Below, piece after piece: positions 8,224 through 17,893 of a stretch of DNA of 50,330 bases. The notes under the pieces were generated by a model. It was given only the letters and a program-made list of their open reading frames with translations. It had not been told where the DNA came from and searched no databases. The position numbers were made by a program, and so were the translations under genes. Source of the DNA: Gammaproteobacteria bacterium (GTDB lineage Bacteria; Pseudomonadota; Gammaproteobacteria; Steroidobacterales; UBA11654); NCBI GenBank assembly GCA_963578425.1, contig CAUZCF010000001.1:1-50330 (forward strand), read 5' to 3'. Positions within the stretch are counted from its first letter, which is position 1; each line of letters opens with the position of its first letter.

Positions 8224-9690
8224 CTATAACCCCATAATCTCAAAAGCCACCCTTTCTCCTGATTCCATTGCACCCTCCATGCCTCTATTTGAAACAGCTG
8301 TGTGCTCACCACAAAAATGAATCTGGCCATGTTGATTTCCAACAGAAGACCCAAATTTTGATATTTGGCCGGGACTCCAATAAGCCCAATCACCAATTGA
8401 GAATGGACTAAGAAACCAAGAATGATATGCGAGCGGCTCTAATACATTTTTTGTGCTTGGTCTTATTTCTTCAATTGATTTAATCACTGACAGTCTCGCT
8501 TCTCGCTGATTCATTCTGTCCAATTTCTCTGCAATAGGTCCCCTTAACCAAATAGTGAAACTATCCACTTGATCAGGTGTATTAACATGGCGATTTGCAA
8601 TCATCATTCCTGATAGTCCATTGGTGTATAGATTTGGGCTCATTCCATCATTTTCCCAAAATGGAGCTTTAGGAACAACATGTAACATATTAATCTTTTG
8701 CGAACGTAGATTATTTATTGCTTCTGCCTGAGGACCTTGAACAGAAGGGCTAATATCAATGTTTTTTAAAACTGAAAAAGGCAGTGAACAAATAACATGA
8801 TCTGCTTCATAGACTGATCCATCTGCACAACTAACTTTGGCTTTATTTGAGTAAGTTTCAATTGCATTGACACTTTTATTGAACAGCACTTGTTGCTCTA
8901 GACTATTGGCCATAGCTTCTGGAATAACCACATTCCCGCCTTCAGCAGATAAACTGGTCCTAAAACCTAAACGACTTTGTGAGCTAGCAAAAGCATTGAC
9001 AAACATTAACATTAAGATAGAAACATCTTTGGCGTTATAGCCATGGGTGATATTCATGTTATAAACTAAATCAATGAAATCCTGCTTATAACCCTGTTGA
9101 ATCAGCCAATCATGAACTGAAATATCATGTATAAAGTGTTTAAGGTTTATCCACTCCCCTGGTGTTTTAACAGGATTATTGTTGCCTAATAATTGATGAA
9201 ACAAAGCATTTGGAGGCATGGCTTTCATTGCTTCTGGTAAAACATTTTTTGGATGATTAGCCCACTCACTCATTTGAATCAATTCACCATCAAGAGCTAG
9301 CTCTTGTTTTCTAAAATAAGGCAGGATTGGGCTTAAATCATTCAACTTAATATTAAAACGATTGGAAATATCAATAATTCTTGCATAGCCTGAACCAAAA
9401 GCAGTGCCGCCCGTCTCAGGGTTACCAGGAATATTTTTTTGAGAAAAAACTCTCCCGCCAACTCGATTATCTGCTTCTAATACAGTGACTTTATATCCCT
9501 CATCCTGAAGAATAGTGGCACTATACAAACCTGATAATCCAGCTCCAATAACAATGACATCAGCATGATTGCGAGCTTTAACATAGGAAGGCAGAAATGA
9601 AGCAATAGAAGCTGCAGCAAATGTTTTTAGGGTTTTTCGCCTATCCATTGATAGAATTTCAGAGACTTCTGAATGCAGCAGTTTACTCAT
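8224..9690 (-). CDS. FAD-dependent amine oxidase (flavin monoamine oxidase family) with Tat-type signal
   Basis: Dinucleotide-binding motif DVIVIGAGLSGLYSATILQDEGYKVTVLEADNRVGGR. N-terminal MDRRKTLKTFAAASIASFLPSYVKA. The start is ATG 9690 (ATGA overlap with the upstream gene's stop) or ATG 9648. Confidence 0.8.
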   Translation of the reverse strand: MSKLLHSEVSEILSMDRRKTLKTFAAASIASFLPSYVKARNHADVIVIGAGLSGLYSATILQDEGYKVTVLEADNRVGGRVFSQKNIPGNPETGGTAFGSGYARIIDISNRFNIKLNDLSPILPYFRKQELALDGELIQMSEWANHPKNVLPEAMKAMPPNALFHQLLGNNNPVKTPGEWINLKHFIHDISVHDWLIQQGYKQDFIDLVYNMNITHGYNAKDVSILMLMFVNAFASSQSRLGFRTSLSAEGGNVVIPEAMANSLEQQVLFNKSVNAIETYSNKAKVSCADGSVYEADHVICSLPFSVLKNIDISPSVQGPQAEAINNLRSQKINMLHVVPKAPFWENDGMSPNLYTNGLSGMMIANRHVNTPDQVDSFTIWLRGPIAEKLDRMNQREARLSVIKSIEEIRPSTKNVLEPLAYHSWFLSPFSIGDWAYWSPGQISKFGSSVGNQHGQIHFCGEHTAVSNRGMEGAMESGERVAFEIMGL

Positions 9691-11336
9691 TCCTTTAGAG
9701 TCAATATCTGATTAATCTCCTGATTATTAAATTCACTAATTTTCCCGGAAGGCCATTGAATTTCTATTAAGTCTATAGAGGTGTTATCAGCAAGACCAAA
9801 ATGTACTCTATAATCATTAGCTGAATTATAGCCATGGGCACTTGTATGTTCCCGATGCTGAGTCAATGAGCCTGAGACTAGCTTAATCTTAGCTCCATAG
9901 CCATTTCTATTGCTTTCATCTCCTATTAAATGAAGTTTTATCCAATTATTGTTATTGCCTTGATTTCGCAGCAAGAAATTACGGTCTGATGGAGTGATTT
10001 GTTTGCCTGAGGAATAAAAAGTTCTGTTAGTAAAAAATAAATCTAGGAATCCATCATCATCAATATCAGCAGTTCCCACACCACTTCCAATGCCTAACCC
10101 TGTGGTTTTAGATCTAGTAGTCAGGTCAGAAAAAGTCAGGTCACCATTGTTCATGAATAATTTATTGTAATCAGGTTCGATGGCTATATAAAACTGAACA
10201 AAGATGGGTAAATCGATTAGATCATTAATCAGTGTGTCTTGTAATCCTCCGTTATTAACGTAAATATCCAATAAGCCGTCATTATCAAAATCACCCATTG
10301 CACAGCCCCGTGCACCTGATTTGTGACTTATTCCAGAAGTTAAAGTAATGTCTTTATACTGAAGTGAGCCAGTGTCTTTATACATACTGATATACAAACG
10401 ATTTGATTGATCAGCGGTAGGTAAAAAGATATCCATGTCACCATCATTATCAATATCTCCGATGCATGCACCATTGGCATTACCCGGGTTTAGAAAAACC
10501 GTAGCTGAAGGCGGCCTAAAGGAGGTTGTTATGTTCTTAAAGGTGCTATCACCCTGGTTTAATAGCATGATTTTTCGATCACCCTCATTGGTCACCAGAA
10601 GATCAATTAATCCGTCTTGATTAACATCAGTCCAATTGGGAGAACCCTGTGAATTGGCTTCAGTCACCATGTCCAAGATACCGGTTCCAGATTCTTCAGT
10701 AATGTCAGTGAATGTGCCATCACCGTTGTTTCTAAAAAGAGCATTATCAATATCATATTCTGCACACTTCCAATACAGATCGAGATCGCCGTCATTATCA
10801 AAGTCTGCCCAAGCCACCCCTGCTCCAGTGTTACCAATACCGCCTATTTCTTGATCATTAGGAACATTTTTTCTAAATAAGTTTGCCTCTTTTGAAGCAT
10901 TTTCAAAATTTGGACTACCCGTCTCAATTAAAAGGTTTTTATACAATGTTGTTGGCACATGGGTTGACCTATCTGCGGGGGGCATATTAGAGATCACGAC
11001 ATCCATATCACCATCATTATCATAATCGCCCCAAGAAGCGCCTCGCCCTAAACCTCCTTTATTATCGATCCCTCTCTCAACGGCAACATTGATGAATTCG
11101 CCATTACCATTGTTCTCAAACAATCGATTACCCTGGTTATCTCCGTGGTATTCGGTGGAAACATAAATATCAATATCACCATCATTGTCGTAATCAACAA
11201 AACTGGGTCCAGAACTATTAACTCCTTCATCAGCAACACCACGTAAATAACTCTCATCATCAAATTGAATCGGCGTTTGTATCGAACAGGCTGAGAGACT
11301 TAAAGCCAAGAGAGCTGTCGGAAGATGTGTTTTCAT
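9687..11336 (-). CDS. FG-GAP repeat / ASPIC-UnbV (CRTAC1-family) lipoprotein
   Basis: Lipobox LSLSAC. Seven Ca-binding-type repeats (DYDNDGDIDIYV, DYDNDGDMDVVI, DFDNDGDLDLYW, DVNQDGLIDLLV, DIDNDGDMDIFL, DFDNDGLLDIYV, DIDDDGFLDLFF). C-terminal UnbV/ASPIC-like segment (GYGAKIKL...HFGL). Confidence 0.8.
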   Translation of the reverse strand: MKTHLPTALLALSLSACSIQTPIQFDDESYLRGVADEGVNSSGPSFVDYDNDGDIDIYVSTEYHGDNQGNRLFENNGNGEFINVAVERGIDNKGGLGRGASWGDYDNDGDMDVVISNMPPADRSTHVPTTLYKNLLIETGSPNFENASKEANLFRKNVPNDQEIGGIGNTGAGVAWADFDNDGDLDLYWKCAEYDIDNALFRNNGDGTFTDITEESGTGILDMVTEANSQGSPNWTDVNQDGLIDLLVTNEGDRKIMLLNQGDSTFKNITTSFRPPSATVFLNPGNANGACIGDIDNDGDMDIFLPTADQSNRLYISMYKDTGSLQYKDITLTSGISHKSGARGCAMGDFDNDGLLDIYVNNGGLQDTLINDLIDLPIFVQFYIAIEPDYNKLFMNNGDLTFSDLTTRSKTTGLGIGSGVGTADIDDDGFLDLFFTNRTFYSSGKQITPSDRNFLLRNQGNNNNWIKLHLIGDESNRNGYGAKIKLVSGSLTQHREHTSAHGYNSANDYRVHFGLADNTSIDLIEIQWPSGKISEFNNQEINQILTLKE

Positions 11337-11356
11337 AGAATCGTTATAAATATTTG

Positions 11357-12238
11357 TTAAGCAAATATCATAGCATCAAACATGGTGCCTAATAACAGTA
11401 GACCTAAATGTATTATTGAGGCAAAAAAAGTTTTTTTAGCCCAACTCTTATCTTGCTTTCTAAGTAATTGAGCGCTGCTGTAGAGAAAATATAACCCTCC
11501 AGTTGAAGCAAATATTAGATACACCCAGTGCATTCCATAAAACATAAGAGTGAATGAGAGTAAGACCAACAATAAAGTGTGCCAAAAAATGGCATGACTT
11601 GTAATCGAAATGCTTTTTACGACAGGTAGCATTGGCACTGAAGCTTTTTCATAATCGTCTTTAAAACAAATAGCCAGAGCCCAAAAATGTGGTGGGGTCC
11701 ACAAAAAAAGGATAATCGATAAAATAAGGGGCGCTGTTGAAAAAGTGTTACCTGTGGCAGCTGAACCAACGAGAACTGCAAAGCTGCCTGCAAGTCCTCC
11801 AATCACTATATTCATCCATGTTTTCCGTTTCAACCATACAGTGTAGATAATTCCATATGTAAAAATCCCTGCAAATAAATAGATGCTGGCCTCTAAATTA
11901 GCAACACGATAAGTAAAAAAAAGTGCAATACCACTGATAATAATCAGCCAAACATTCAATAAATTGCTTGGTTGAAGCTCTTGGGTTACAAAAGGTCTGT
12001 TTTTCGTTCTATCCATAATAGAATCTATGTCTCTTTCAAACCATTGGTTAAATGCACCTGAAGTTGATGAAGCAACTAGAACACAAACTGCCAATAATAG
12101 AATTTCAAGAGGTGTTAATGTTGAGGAAGGTGAAACAGCTATACCGGCAAGAGTACAAGCCATAATTAAAAATCCTAAACGAACCTTAGCAGCAATATAA
12201 ATAAGATTTATTGTTTTACCTAGGGAGTTTTTTGACAT
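11357..12238 (-). CDS. cyoE: protoheme IX farnesyltransferase (heme O synthase)
   Basis: UbiA-type polytopic membrane protein with NQWFERDIDSIMDRTKNRP and the second Asp-rich region (KDDYEKASVPMLP). 293 aa. Confidence 0.85.
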   Translation of the reverse strand: MSKNSLGKTINLIYIAAKVRLGFLIMACTLAGIAVSPSSTLTPLEILLLAVCVLVASSTSGAFNQWFERDIDSIMDRTKNRPFVTQELQPSNLLNVWLIIISGIALFFTYRVANLEASIYLFAGIFTYGIIYTVWLKRKTWMNIVIGGLAGSFAVLVGSAATGNTFSTAPLILSIILFLWTPPHFWALAICFKDDYEKASVPMLPVVKSISITSHAIFWHTLLLVLLSFTLMFYGMHWVYLIFASTGGLYFLYSSAQLLRKQDKSWAKKTFFASIIHLGLLLLGTMFDAMIFA

Positions 12239-12253
12239 CTTGTTTGGTGCTCA

Positions 12254-12293
12254 TCCTTAAAAATAGAAGGCTATTATCAATGATCTTTAAGGA
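12254..12293. repeat. 8-bp inverted repeat (TCCTTAAA / TTTAAGGA) with 24-nt spacer, in the aspS-cyoE intergenic region
   Basis: Read directly from the sequence: arms at 12254-12261 and 12286-12293. No following T-run, so it is not a classical terminator. Confidence 0.4.
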
Positions 12294-12320
12294 AAATTAA
12301 AAGAAAATATTTATGTTTAT

Positions 12321-14111
12321 TTAAGAATCAGATTTTTCCTTAACTGAGATGCCTAATTCTTTTAATTGAGCTTTTCCAGCTTGGCTTGGTGCCTCTGTTA
12401 ATAGGCAACTTGCAGTCTGAGTTTTGGGGAACGCTATAACATCTCTAATGCTAGTAGATTCAGTCATAAGCATTACTATTCGATCTATACCAAAAGCTAT
12501 CCCGCCATGTGGTGGGCAACCATATTTCAAAGCCTCAAGAAAAAAACCAAATTTCTCTTGTGCCTCTTCAGCATTAATTCCGAGAATTTCAAAAACAGTC
12601 GATTGCATCTTTTGAGAATGAATTCTTATTGAGCCTCCGCCAATTTCGTTCCCATTCAGCACCATATCGTATCCTAAAGACACAGCTGTTTTTGGATCAG
12701 AAATAAGGTCCTTAGGATGATCAGTCACAGGAGAAGTAAACGGATGATGTTCTGACATCCATCTTTTCTCCTTAGGATCCCAATGAAACATAGGAAAATC
12801 AGTAACCCAAACTGGAAACCAGCCAGATTGCACTAAATTAAAATCTTTTGCTAATTCTTCTCTGAGTGCTCCAAGAGATGAATTAACAATATCTGATTTA
12901 TCAGCACCAAAGAACACCGTGTCTCCATTCTCTAATTTTAAACGGCCTGCTAAAGCATCAACACATTCTTTGCTTAAGAATTTTAATATTGGAGATTTCA
13001 TTCCTTCTATCCCCTTCTTATGGTCATGAACTTTAATATAAGCAAGTCCCTTGGCGCCATAATTAGCAACAAAATCTGTGTAATCATCAATTTGTTTTCT
13101 GCTGATATCTGGTTGATTCTTTAACACCAAACAAGCCACTCTAGACTCTTTATTTTTAGCAGGTTCAGCAAAGACTTTAAACTCAACATCTTTCATTAAA
13201 TCACTGACTTCAATCAATTCCATATCAATTCCTAAATGGGGTCGATCACTACCAAATCGATTCATTGAGTCTGCATAGGTTATCTGAGTAAACGGTTGAT
13301 CAAATTTGTAATTTAGCACCGTTTCAAAGAGATGTCTGATCATCTTCTCCATGGCTTCTTTGACCTGTTCTTTATTAACAAAAGACATTTCAATGTCTAA
13401 CTGTGTGAACTCAGGTTGGCGATCAGCTCTTAAATCTTCATCCCTGAAACAACGTGCCACCTGATAGTACTTGTCAAATCCAGACATCATCAATAATTGT
13501 TTAAACAATTGGGGTGATTGAGGAAGTGCAAAAAAATCACCTTGTTGTGTTCTACTTGGAACCAGATAATCTCTAGCACCTTCGGGAGTAGCTTTAGTCA
13601 ATATAGGCGTTTCTATCTCAATAAAAGAATCTGCATCAAGAAAATTTCTTAGTGTCTTAATAATCTGATGTCTTAATCTAAGATTTTCTGACATTTTTTG
13701 ACGTCTAAGATCTAGGTATCTATATTTCAATCTAATGTCTTCATTTGCTGATTCATCGTGATGAAAAGGAGGTGTTAATGAAGTATTCAATACACTACCT
13801 GATTCAACTAATAATTCTATTTCTCCCGTTATCATGTTTGAATTAACAGTCCCCTCAGGTCTGTGCCTAATATTACCTGATACTGAGAGTACGTATTCAC
13901 TTCGAATCTTTTCTGCTTCGGCAAATAATTCTTTGTTTGATGGATCAAAAACTAATTGAAGGATTCCTGAGGCATCTCTTAAATCGATAAAAATAACCCC
14001 TCCATGATCTCTGCGTCTATGAACCCAACCAGAAACGGTGATGCTCTCACCAATATGCTCTGTATTTAATTGTTCACAGTGATGGCTTCTAAGTGCTCTT
14101 TCTTTGCTCAT
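12321..14111 (-). CDS. aspS: aspartate--tRNA ligase
   Basis: 596 aa. Class II motifs (FRDEDLRADRQPEFTQLD, GGGSIRIH, PPHGGIAFGIDR) and an N-terminal OB-fold anticodon-binding domain. Confidence 0.95.
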   Translation of the reverse strand: MSKERALRSHHCEQLNTEHIGESITVSGWVHRRRDHGGVIFIDLRDASGILQLVFDPSNKELFAEAEKIRSEYVLSVSGNIRHRPEGTVNSNMITGEIELLVESGSVLNTSLTPPFHHDESANEDIRLKYRYLDLRRQKMSENLRLRHQIIKTLRNFLDADSFIEIETPILTKATPEGARDYLVPSRTQQGDFFALPQSPQLFKQLLMMSGFDKYYQVARCFRDEDLRADRQPEFTQLDIEMSFVNKEQVKEAMEKMIRHLFETVLNYKFDQPFTQITYADSMNRFGSDRPHLGIDMELIEVSDLMKDVEFKVFAEPAKNKESRVACLVLKNQPDISRKQIDDYTDFVANYGAKGLAYIKVHDHKKGIEGMKSPILKFLSKECVDALAGRLKLENGDTVFFGADKSDIVNSSLGALREELAKDFNLVQSGWFPVWVTDFPMFHWDPKEKRWMSEHHPFTSPVTDHPKDLISDPKTAVSLGYDMVLNGNEIGGGSIRIHSQKMQSTVFEILGINAEEAQEKFGFFLEALKYGCPPHGGIAFGIDRIVMLMTESTSIRDVIAFPKTQTASCLLTEAPSQAGKAQLKELGISVKEKSDS

Positions 14112-14120
14112 ATTTATTTT

Positions 14121-14741
14121 TTAGGTTGCAGTTAGGTCAATGTCAGATGAAGGAACAACAACGCCAAGAGATATAATCATTTTTAAGGCGTCCTCAACAC
14201 TCATATCCAACTCAATAACTTCATCCTTTGGAATCAAAATGATATACCCTGAAGTTGGGTTAGGTGTGGTTGGAATAAACACACAAACAACATCCTCTCC
14301 ACTTTTTTCTTGGATTTCTCCAACGTCTTTTGATGTCTGAAAACACAAACTATATAACCCTTTCCTAGGGTATTGAATCAAGAGAACTTTAGAGAAAGAT
14401 TGGGTCTGATCTGATAAAATTAGCTCAGCAAACTTTTTAAGAGGGGTATAGATACTCCTAACCAGTGGAATTTTATCTAAGAATTTTTCCCAGGTCTCAA
14501 CTAATGTTTTACCTAGATAATTAGCTGCGACCAATCCGGTACTAAATAAAATGATGATAGCCATGATGATTTCAAAACCAGGAATAGTCACGCCAAACAA
14601 GTTTTCAGGACGTAATCCTTCAGGAATAAGCAGATAAGTTTGACTCAATAAATCAAGCAAAATCTTTATAATGAAAATTGTAATTCCCAAAGGCAACCAA
14701 ACCAATAAACCCGCTATAAGTATTCTTCTTAATTTTTTCAT
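14121..14741 (-). CDS. DUF502-family membrane protein
   Basis: 206 aa with two N-terminal TM segments (LIAGLLVWLPLGITIFIIKILLDLL). The conserved position between the fmdB-like gene and aspS matches other gammaproteobacteria, from memory. Confidence 0.6.
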   Translation of the reverse strand: MKKLRRILIAGLLVWLPLGITIFIIKILLDLLSQTYLLIPEGLRPENLFGVTIPGFEIIMAIIILFSTGLVAANYLGKTLVETWEKFLDKIPLVRSIYTPLKKFAELILSDQTQSFSKVLLIQYPRKGLYSLCFQTSKDVGEIQEKSGEDVVCVFIPTTPNPTSGYIILIPKDEVIELDMSVEDALKMIISLGVVVPSSDIDLTAT

Positions 14742-14759
14742 GTTATTTTAATTATGACA

Positions 14760-15089
14760 TTACACGCTATCTTTAGGTGTTTTATCTTTAACTTTTCCAT
14801 TCTTCTCAGGTGTTTTTTTAGTTTTATTTTCCTTAGTTTTATCTTCTTTAGTTTCGTCTTTCTTGACAGATGAATCATCTTTATTCTCAACTAAATTCTT
14901 TCGATTGCCTGTTTTGAAATCAGTTTCATACCAACCCTTACCCTTTAGGCGAAAGTTTGGCGCAGAGATGAGTCGTTTTAAAGATGTTTTATTGCAAGCT
15001 GGGCAATCTGACAACCTCGGCTCATTGATCCCCTGCAGAGCATCAAGTTGATGACCACATTGTGTGCATTCATATTCGTATATTGGCAT
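14760..15089 (-). CDS. FmdB-family zinc-ribbon protein with Lys/Glu-rich C-terminal tail
   Basis: N-terminus MPIYEYECTQCGH...CPACN has two CxxC pairs. The C-terminal ~45 aa are a low-complexity K/E/T/D run. Confidence 0.8.
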   Translation of the reverse strand: MPIYEYECTQCGHQLDALQGINEPRLSDCPACNKTSLKRLISAPNFRLKGKGWYETDFKTGNRKNLVENKDDSSVKKDETKEDKTKENKTKKTPEKNGKVKDKTPKDSV

Positions 15090-15153
15090 TATCTTTAACT
15101 CTAATAATTAACTTAATAAAACCGAGTATATTACGATAGAGGCAGGATAATTT

Positions 15154-16146
15154 CTAAGTTTTAATATCCGGAAACTGTAAATTATTCATTGTATCTGCGT
15201 CCAATGCATTGCCTGATAGTTCTTTGATGATAGATTCCATGTCTTTTGGTAACTTTGATGAGAAAGAGATTAGCTCTTCTGTAGAGGGGTGTTGAAATGT
15301 GAGTTGACAAGCATGAAGAGCCTGCCTTTTAAAGGAGCGCAATGTCTTTTTTAAGCTTTCACTAGAGCCTTTAGGAATCATCAGCCTTTGCCCATAGAGA
15401 GGATCACCTAATATAGCATGACGAATATGAGACATATGGATTCGAAGTTGGTGTGTTCTTCCTGTTTCCAATCTCAATCCTATAAAACTATGACCTTGAA
15501 ACTTTTTTAGAACACGGTAATGCGTGATCGAAGATTTACCAAATTTTGATACTTTATATTTTATTCGATTATTAGGGTCTCTAGATAAATTAACATCAAT
15601 GGTTCCGCCACTGGTCATCTCTCCAATACAAATTGCCCGGTACTCTCTTTTTATTAGTCTTGACTGTAAAGCAGTATTCAGTGAGTTATAAGAGTTAGAG
15701 TTCTTTGCCACCATTAATAAGCCACTTGTGTCTTTGTCTAATCTGTGGACCAAGCCTGCTCTAGGTAATAACTTCAGATCAGGATGATGGTATAAAAGAC
15801 CATTTTGCAAAGTTGAATCATGGTGACCATGGCCAGGATGAACAACTAATCCATGTGGTTTATCCACTATGATGAGGTCATTATCTTCAAAAATAATCTG
15901 GAGATTCATCTTTTGGGGATTGACCTCAGTGCGTTCCTTTAACACTGGATGAACTATAATGTGCTGCCCTTCTTGAACCTTAGTTTTAGCTTTAACTATA
16001 TGATTATCAACAAGAATATTTCCTGTTTCTATCCAATCTTTGATGATGACGCGTGAATACTCCTTTAGGTATGAGCTCACCACCTTATCAACCCTTTGAT
16101 TGTGTTCTTCAGTTAGAACTAGAAATTCTATTGCATCTTCTTTCAT
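15154..16146 (-). CDS. rluD: 23S rRNA pseudouridine synthase D (RluA family)
   Basis: S4 domain followed by the catalytic HRLDKDTSGLL motif. Divergent from bamD, as in other gammaproteobacteria. Confidence 0.9.
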   Translation of the reverse strand: MKEDAIEFLVLTEEHNQRVDKVVSSYLKEYSRVIIKDWIETGNILVDNHIVKAKTKVQEGQHIIVHPVLKERTEVNPQKMNLQIIFEDNDLIIVDKPHGLVVHPGHGHHDSTLQNGLLYHHPDLKLLPRAGLVHRLDKDTSGLLMVAKNSNSYNSLNTALQSRLIKREYRAICIGEMTSGGTIDVNLSRDPNNRIKYKVSKFGKSSITHYRVLKKFQGHSFIGLRLETGRTHQLRIHMSHIRHAILGDPLYGQRLMIPKGSSESLKKTLRSFKRQALHACQLTFQHPSTEELISFSSKLPKDMESIIKELSGNALDADTMNNLQFPDIKT

Positions 16147-16263
16147 CTAATCTATTATGCCTAAATCTATGCGATTTATTTTAGGCTATAATTCAATAAT
16201 AAAACTATCTAGGAAACAAAAGGGGCTGTAATTTTTAAAAATACACAAAAAATATTTTTTCTG

Positions 16264-17019
16264 ATGGGTCTTATCCTTATCACTGCTTGCAGTAAAGATG
16301 AAGTAACAGACCTAAGATCGTCTTCTGAAGTTATTTATGAAAAAGCAAAATATGCGCTTGATAATAATAACTATAGAAACGCTACTCGATACCTAGAAGT
16401 ACTCACTACTTCATTCCCTTTTAGCAATCAGGCCAAGCAAGCTCAGTTAGATTTAATTTATGCCCATTATCGAAGTTCTTCCTTTGAAGAGGCTATCGAT
16501 GAAGCTAAGCAATTTGAAAAAGAAAACCCAACACACCCAAGAGTTGACTACGCTCTTTATATGAGGGGTTTATCTTCATTTGAAGGTCAACATGAATGGT
16601 ATCATGAGATATTCGATGTGGATCTTACAAAAAGACCGCCAACAAAAACCGAAGAAGCCTTTTCTGTGTTTTCACAATTAATCAGACGATACCCTGATAG
16701 TATTTATGTCAGTGATGCTAAACAGAGAATGGTTTTTCTCAGAAACAGACTAGCAAAGTATGAAAATCATGTGGCCCAACATTACATGGAAAGAGGTGCC
16801 TATGTCGCTGCTATTAATAGAGCCAAATATGCCTTAGAACAATACAGCGGATCCCCATCCACAATTCAGTCCTTAGAAATTATTGCAAAGGCTTACGATA
16901 AACTTGGGATGACAGATCTTGCTGAACAAGCAGAAAGTATTTACATGGCTAATCAATTAAAGGATCCGAATCTTTCAGTTGAGATTGAAGACAGTGATCC
17001 TTGGTATAAAATCTGGTAA
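16264..17019 (+). CDS. bamD: outer membrane protein assembly factor BamD (start possibly upstream at ATT 16231)
   Basis: TPR-like lipoprotein with lipobox LITAC. Conserved divergent pairing with rluD. With ATG 16264 only 8 residues precede the lipobox Cys. Confidence 0.85.
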   Translation: MGLILITACSKDEVTDLRSSSEVIYEKAKYALDNNNYRNATRYLEVLTTSFPFSNQAKQAQLDLIYAHYRSSSFEEAIDEAKQFEKENPTHPRVDYALYMRGLSSFEGQHEWYHEIFDVDLTKRPPTKTEEAFSVFSQLIRRYPDSIYVSDAKQRMVFLRNRLAKYENHVAQHYMERGAYVAAINRAKYALEQYSGSPSTIQSLEIIAKAYDKLGMTDLAEQAESIYMANQLKDPNLSVEIEDSDPWYKIW

Positions 17020-17023
17020 AGAA

Positions 17024-17893
17024 TCAACTCAGAACTGACTTCATTTTTTCACCAATGAGTGCGGGGGATTCAACAGTATGAACGCCAGCTTCTTGTAATG
17101 CCTCGTATTTACTGTCTGCAGTTCCTTCTTTTCCCGTAACAATGGCTCCAGCATGTCCCATCCTTTTTCCAGGAGGTGCTGAAACACCAGCAATATAGGC
17201 AACCACAGGCTTGGTTACATGCTCTTTTATATATTCAGCTGCTTTCTCTTCATCAGAACCACCTATTTCTCCAACTAAAACAATGCCTTTTGTTTCAGTA
17301 TCAGATTCAAATAATTCCAAACAATCAATAAAGTTTAAACCTTTTATCGGGTCACCACCAATCCCTATACATGTGCTTTGACCTAAGCCATGTTTAGTCG
17401 TTTGGTGCACGGCCTCATAGGTCAAGGTTCCTGATCTAGAAATAATTCCAATAGAACCTTTCTGATGAATGAAACCAGGCATAATGCCTATTTTAGATTC
17501 ATCAGGTGTAATAATGCCTGGGCAATTTGGTCCCAACAGAACTGATAATGAATTCTTTAAAGAAGCTTTAATCTTGATCATGTCTTGCACAGGTATACCC
17601 TCTGTAATACAAACGATTAATTCCACCTCAGCCTCAATAGCTGCCATTATTGCATCTGCTGCAAATTTGGGTGGAACAAAGATCATACTAACCGCAAACT
17701 CTATGTTCTCTTTTGCCTCTATGACTGAATTAAAAACAGGAACTCCTAAATGCTCTTGGCCACCACGGCCTGGGGTAACTCCACCGACTATTTGTGTGCC
17801 ATATTCAATACACTGCTCTGTGTGGAAAGTGCCTTGAGAGCCAGTAATTCCCTGACATATTATTTTTGAAGAGGCATTAACTAGGACACTCAT
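17024..17893 (-). CDS. sucD: succinate--CoA ligase subunit alpha
   Basis: 289 aa. CoA-binding [13 protein letters not shown] and the phosphohistidine region GHAGAIV. Confidence 0.95.
   Translation of the reverse strand: MSVLVNASSKIICQGITGSQGTFHTEQCIEYGTQIVGGVTPGRGGQEHLGVPVFNSVIEAKENIEFAVSMIFVPPKFAADAIMAAIEAEVELIVCITEGIPVQDMIKIKASLKNSLSVLLGPNCPGIITPDESKIGIMPGFIHQKGSIGIISRSGTLTYEAVHQTTKHGLGQSTCIGIGGDPIKGLNFIDCLELFESDTETKGIVLVGEIGGSDEEKAAEYIKEHVTKPVVAYIAGVSAPPGKRMGHAGAIVTGKEGTADSKYEALQEAGVHTVESPALIGEKMKSVLS

Noticed and set aside
8163-8396. N-terminal extension of the track ORF 7761..8396 (211 aa), overlapping the 3' end of the amine oxidase gene
   Set aside because: The extension is AT-rich, unlike the GC-rich body, and overlaps a well-supported gene. 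A textbook signal peptide begins at the internal ATG 8162.
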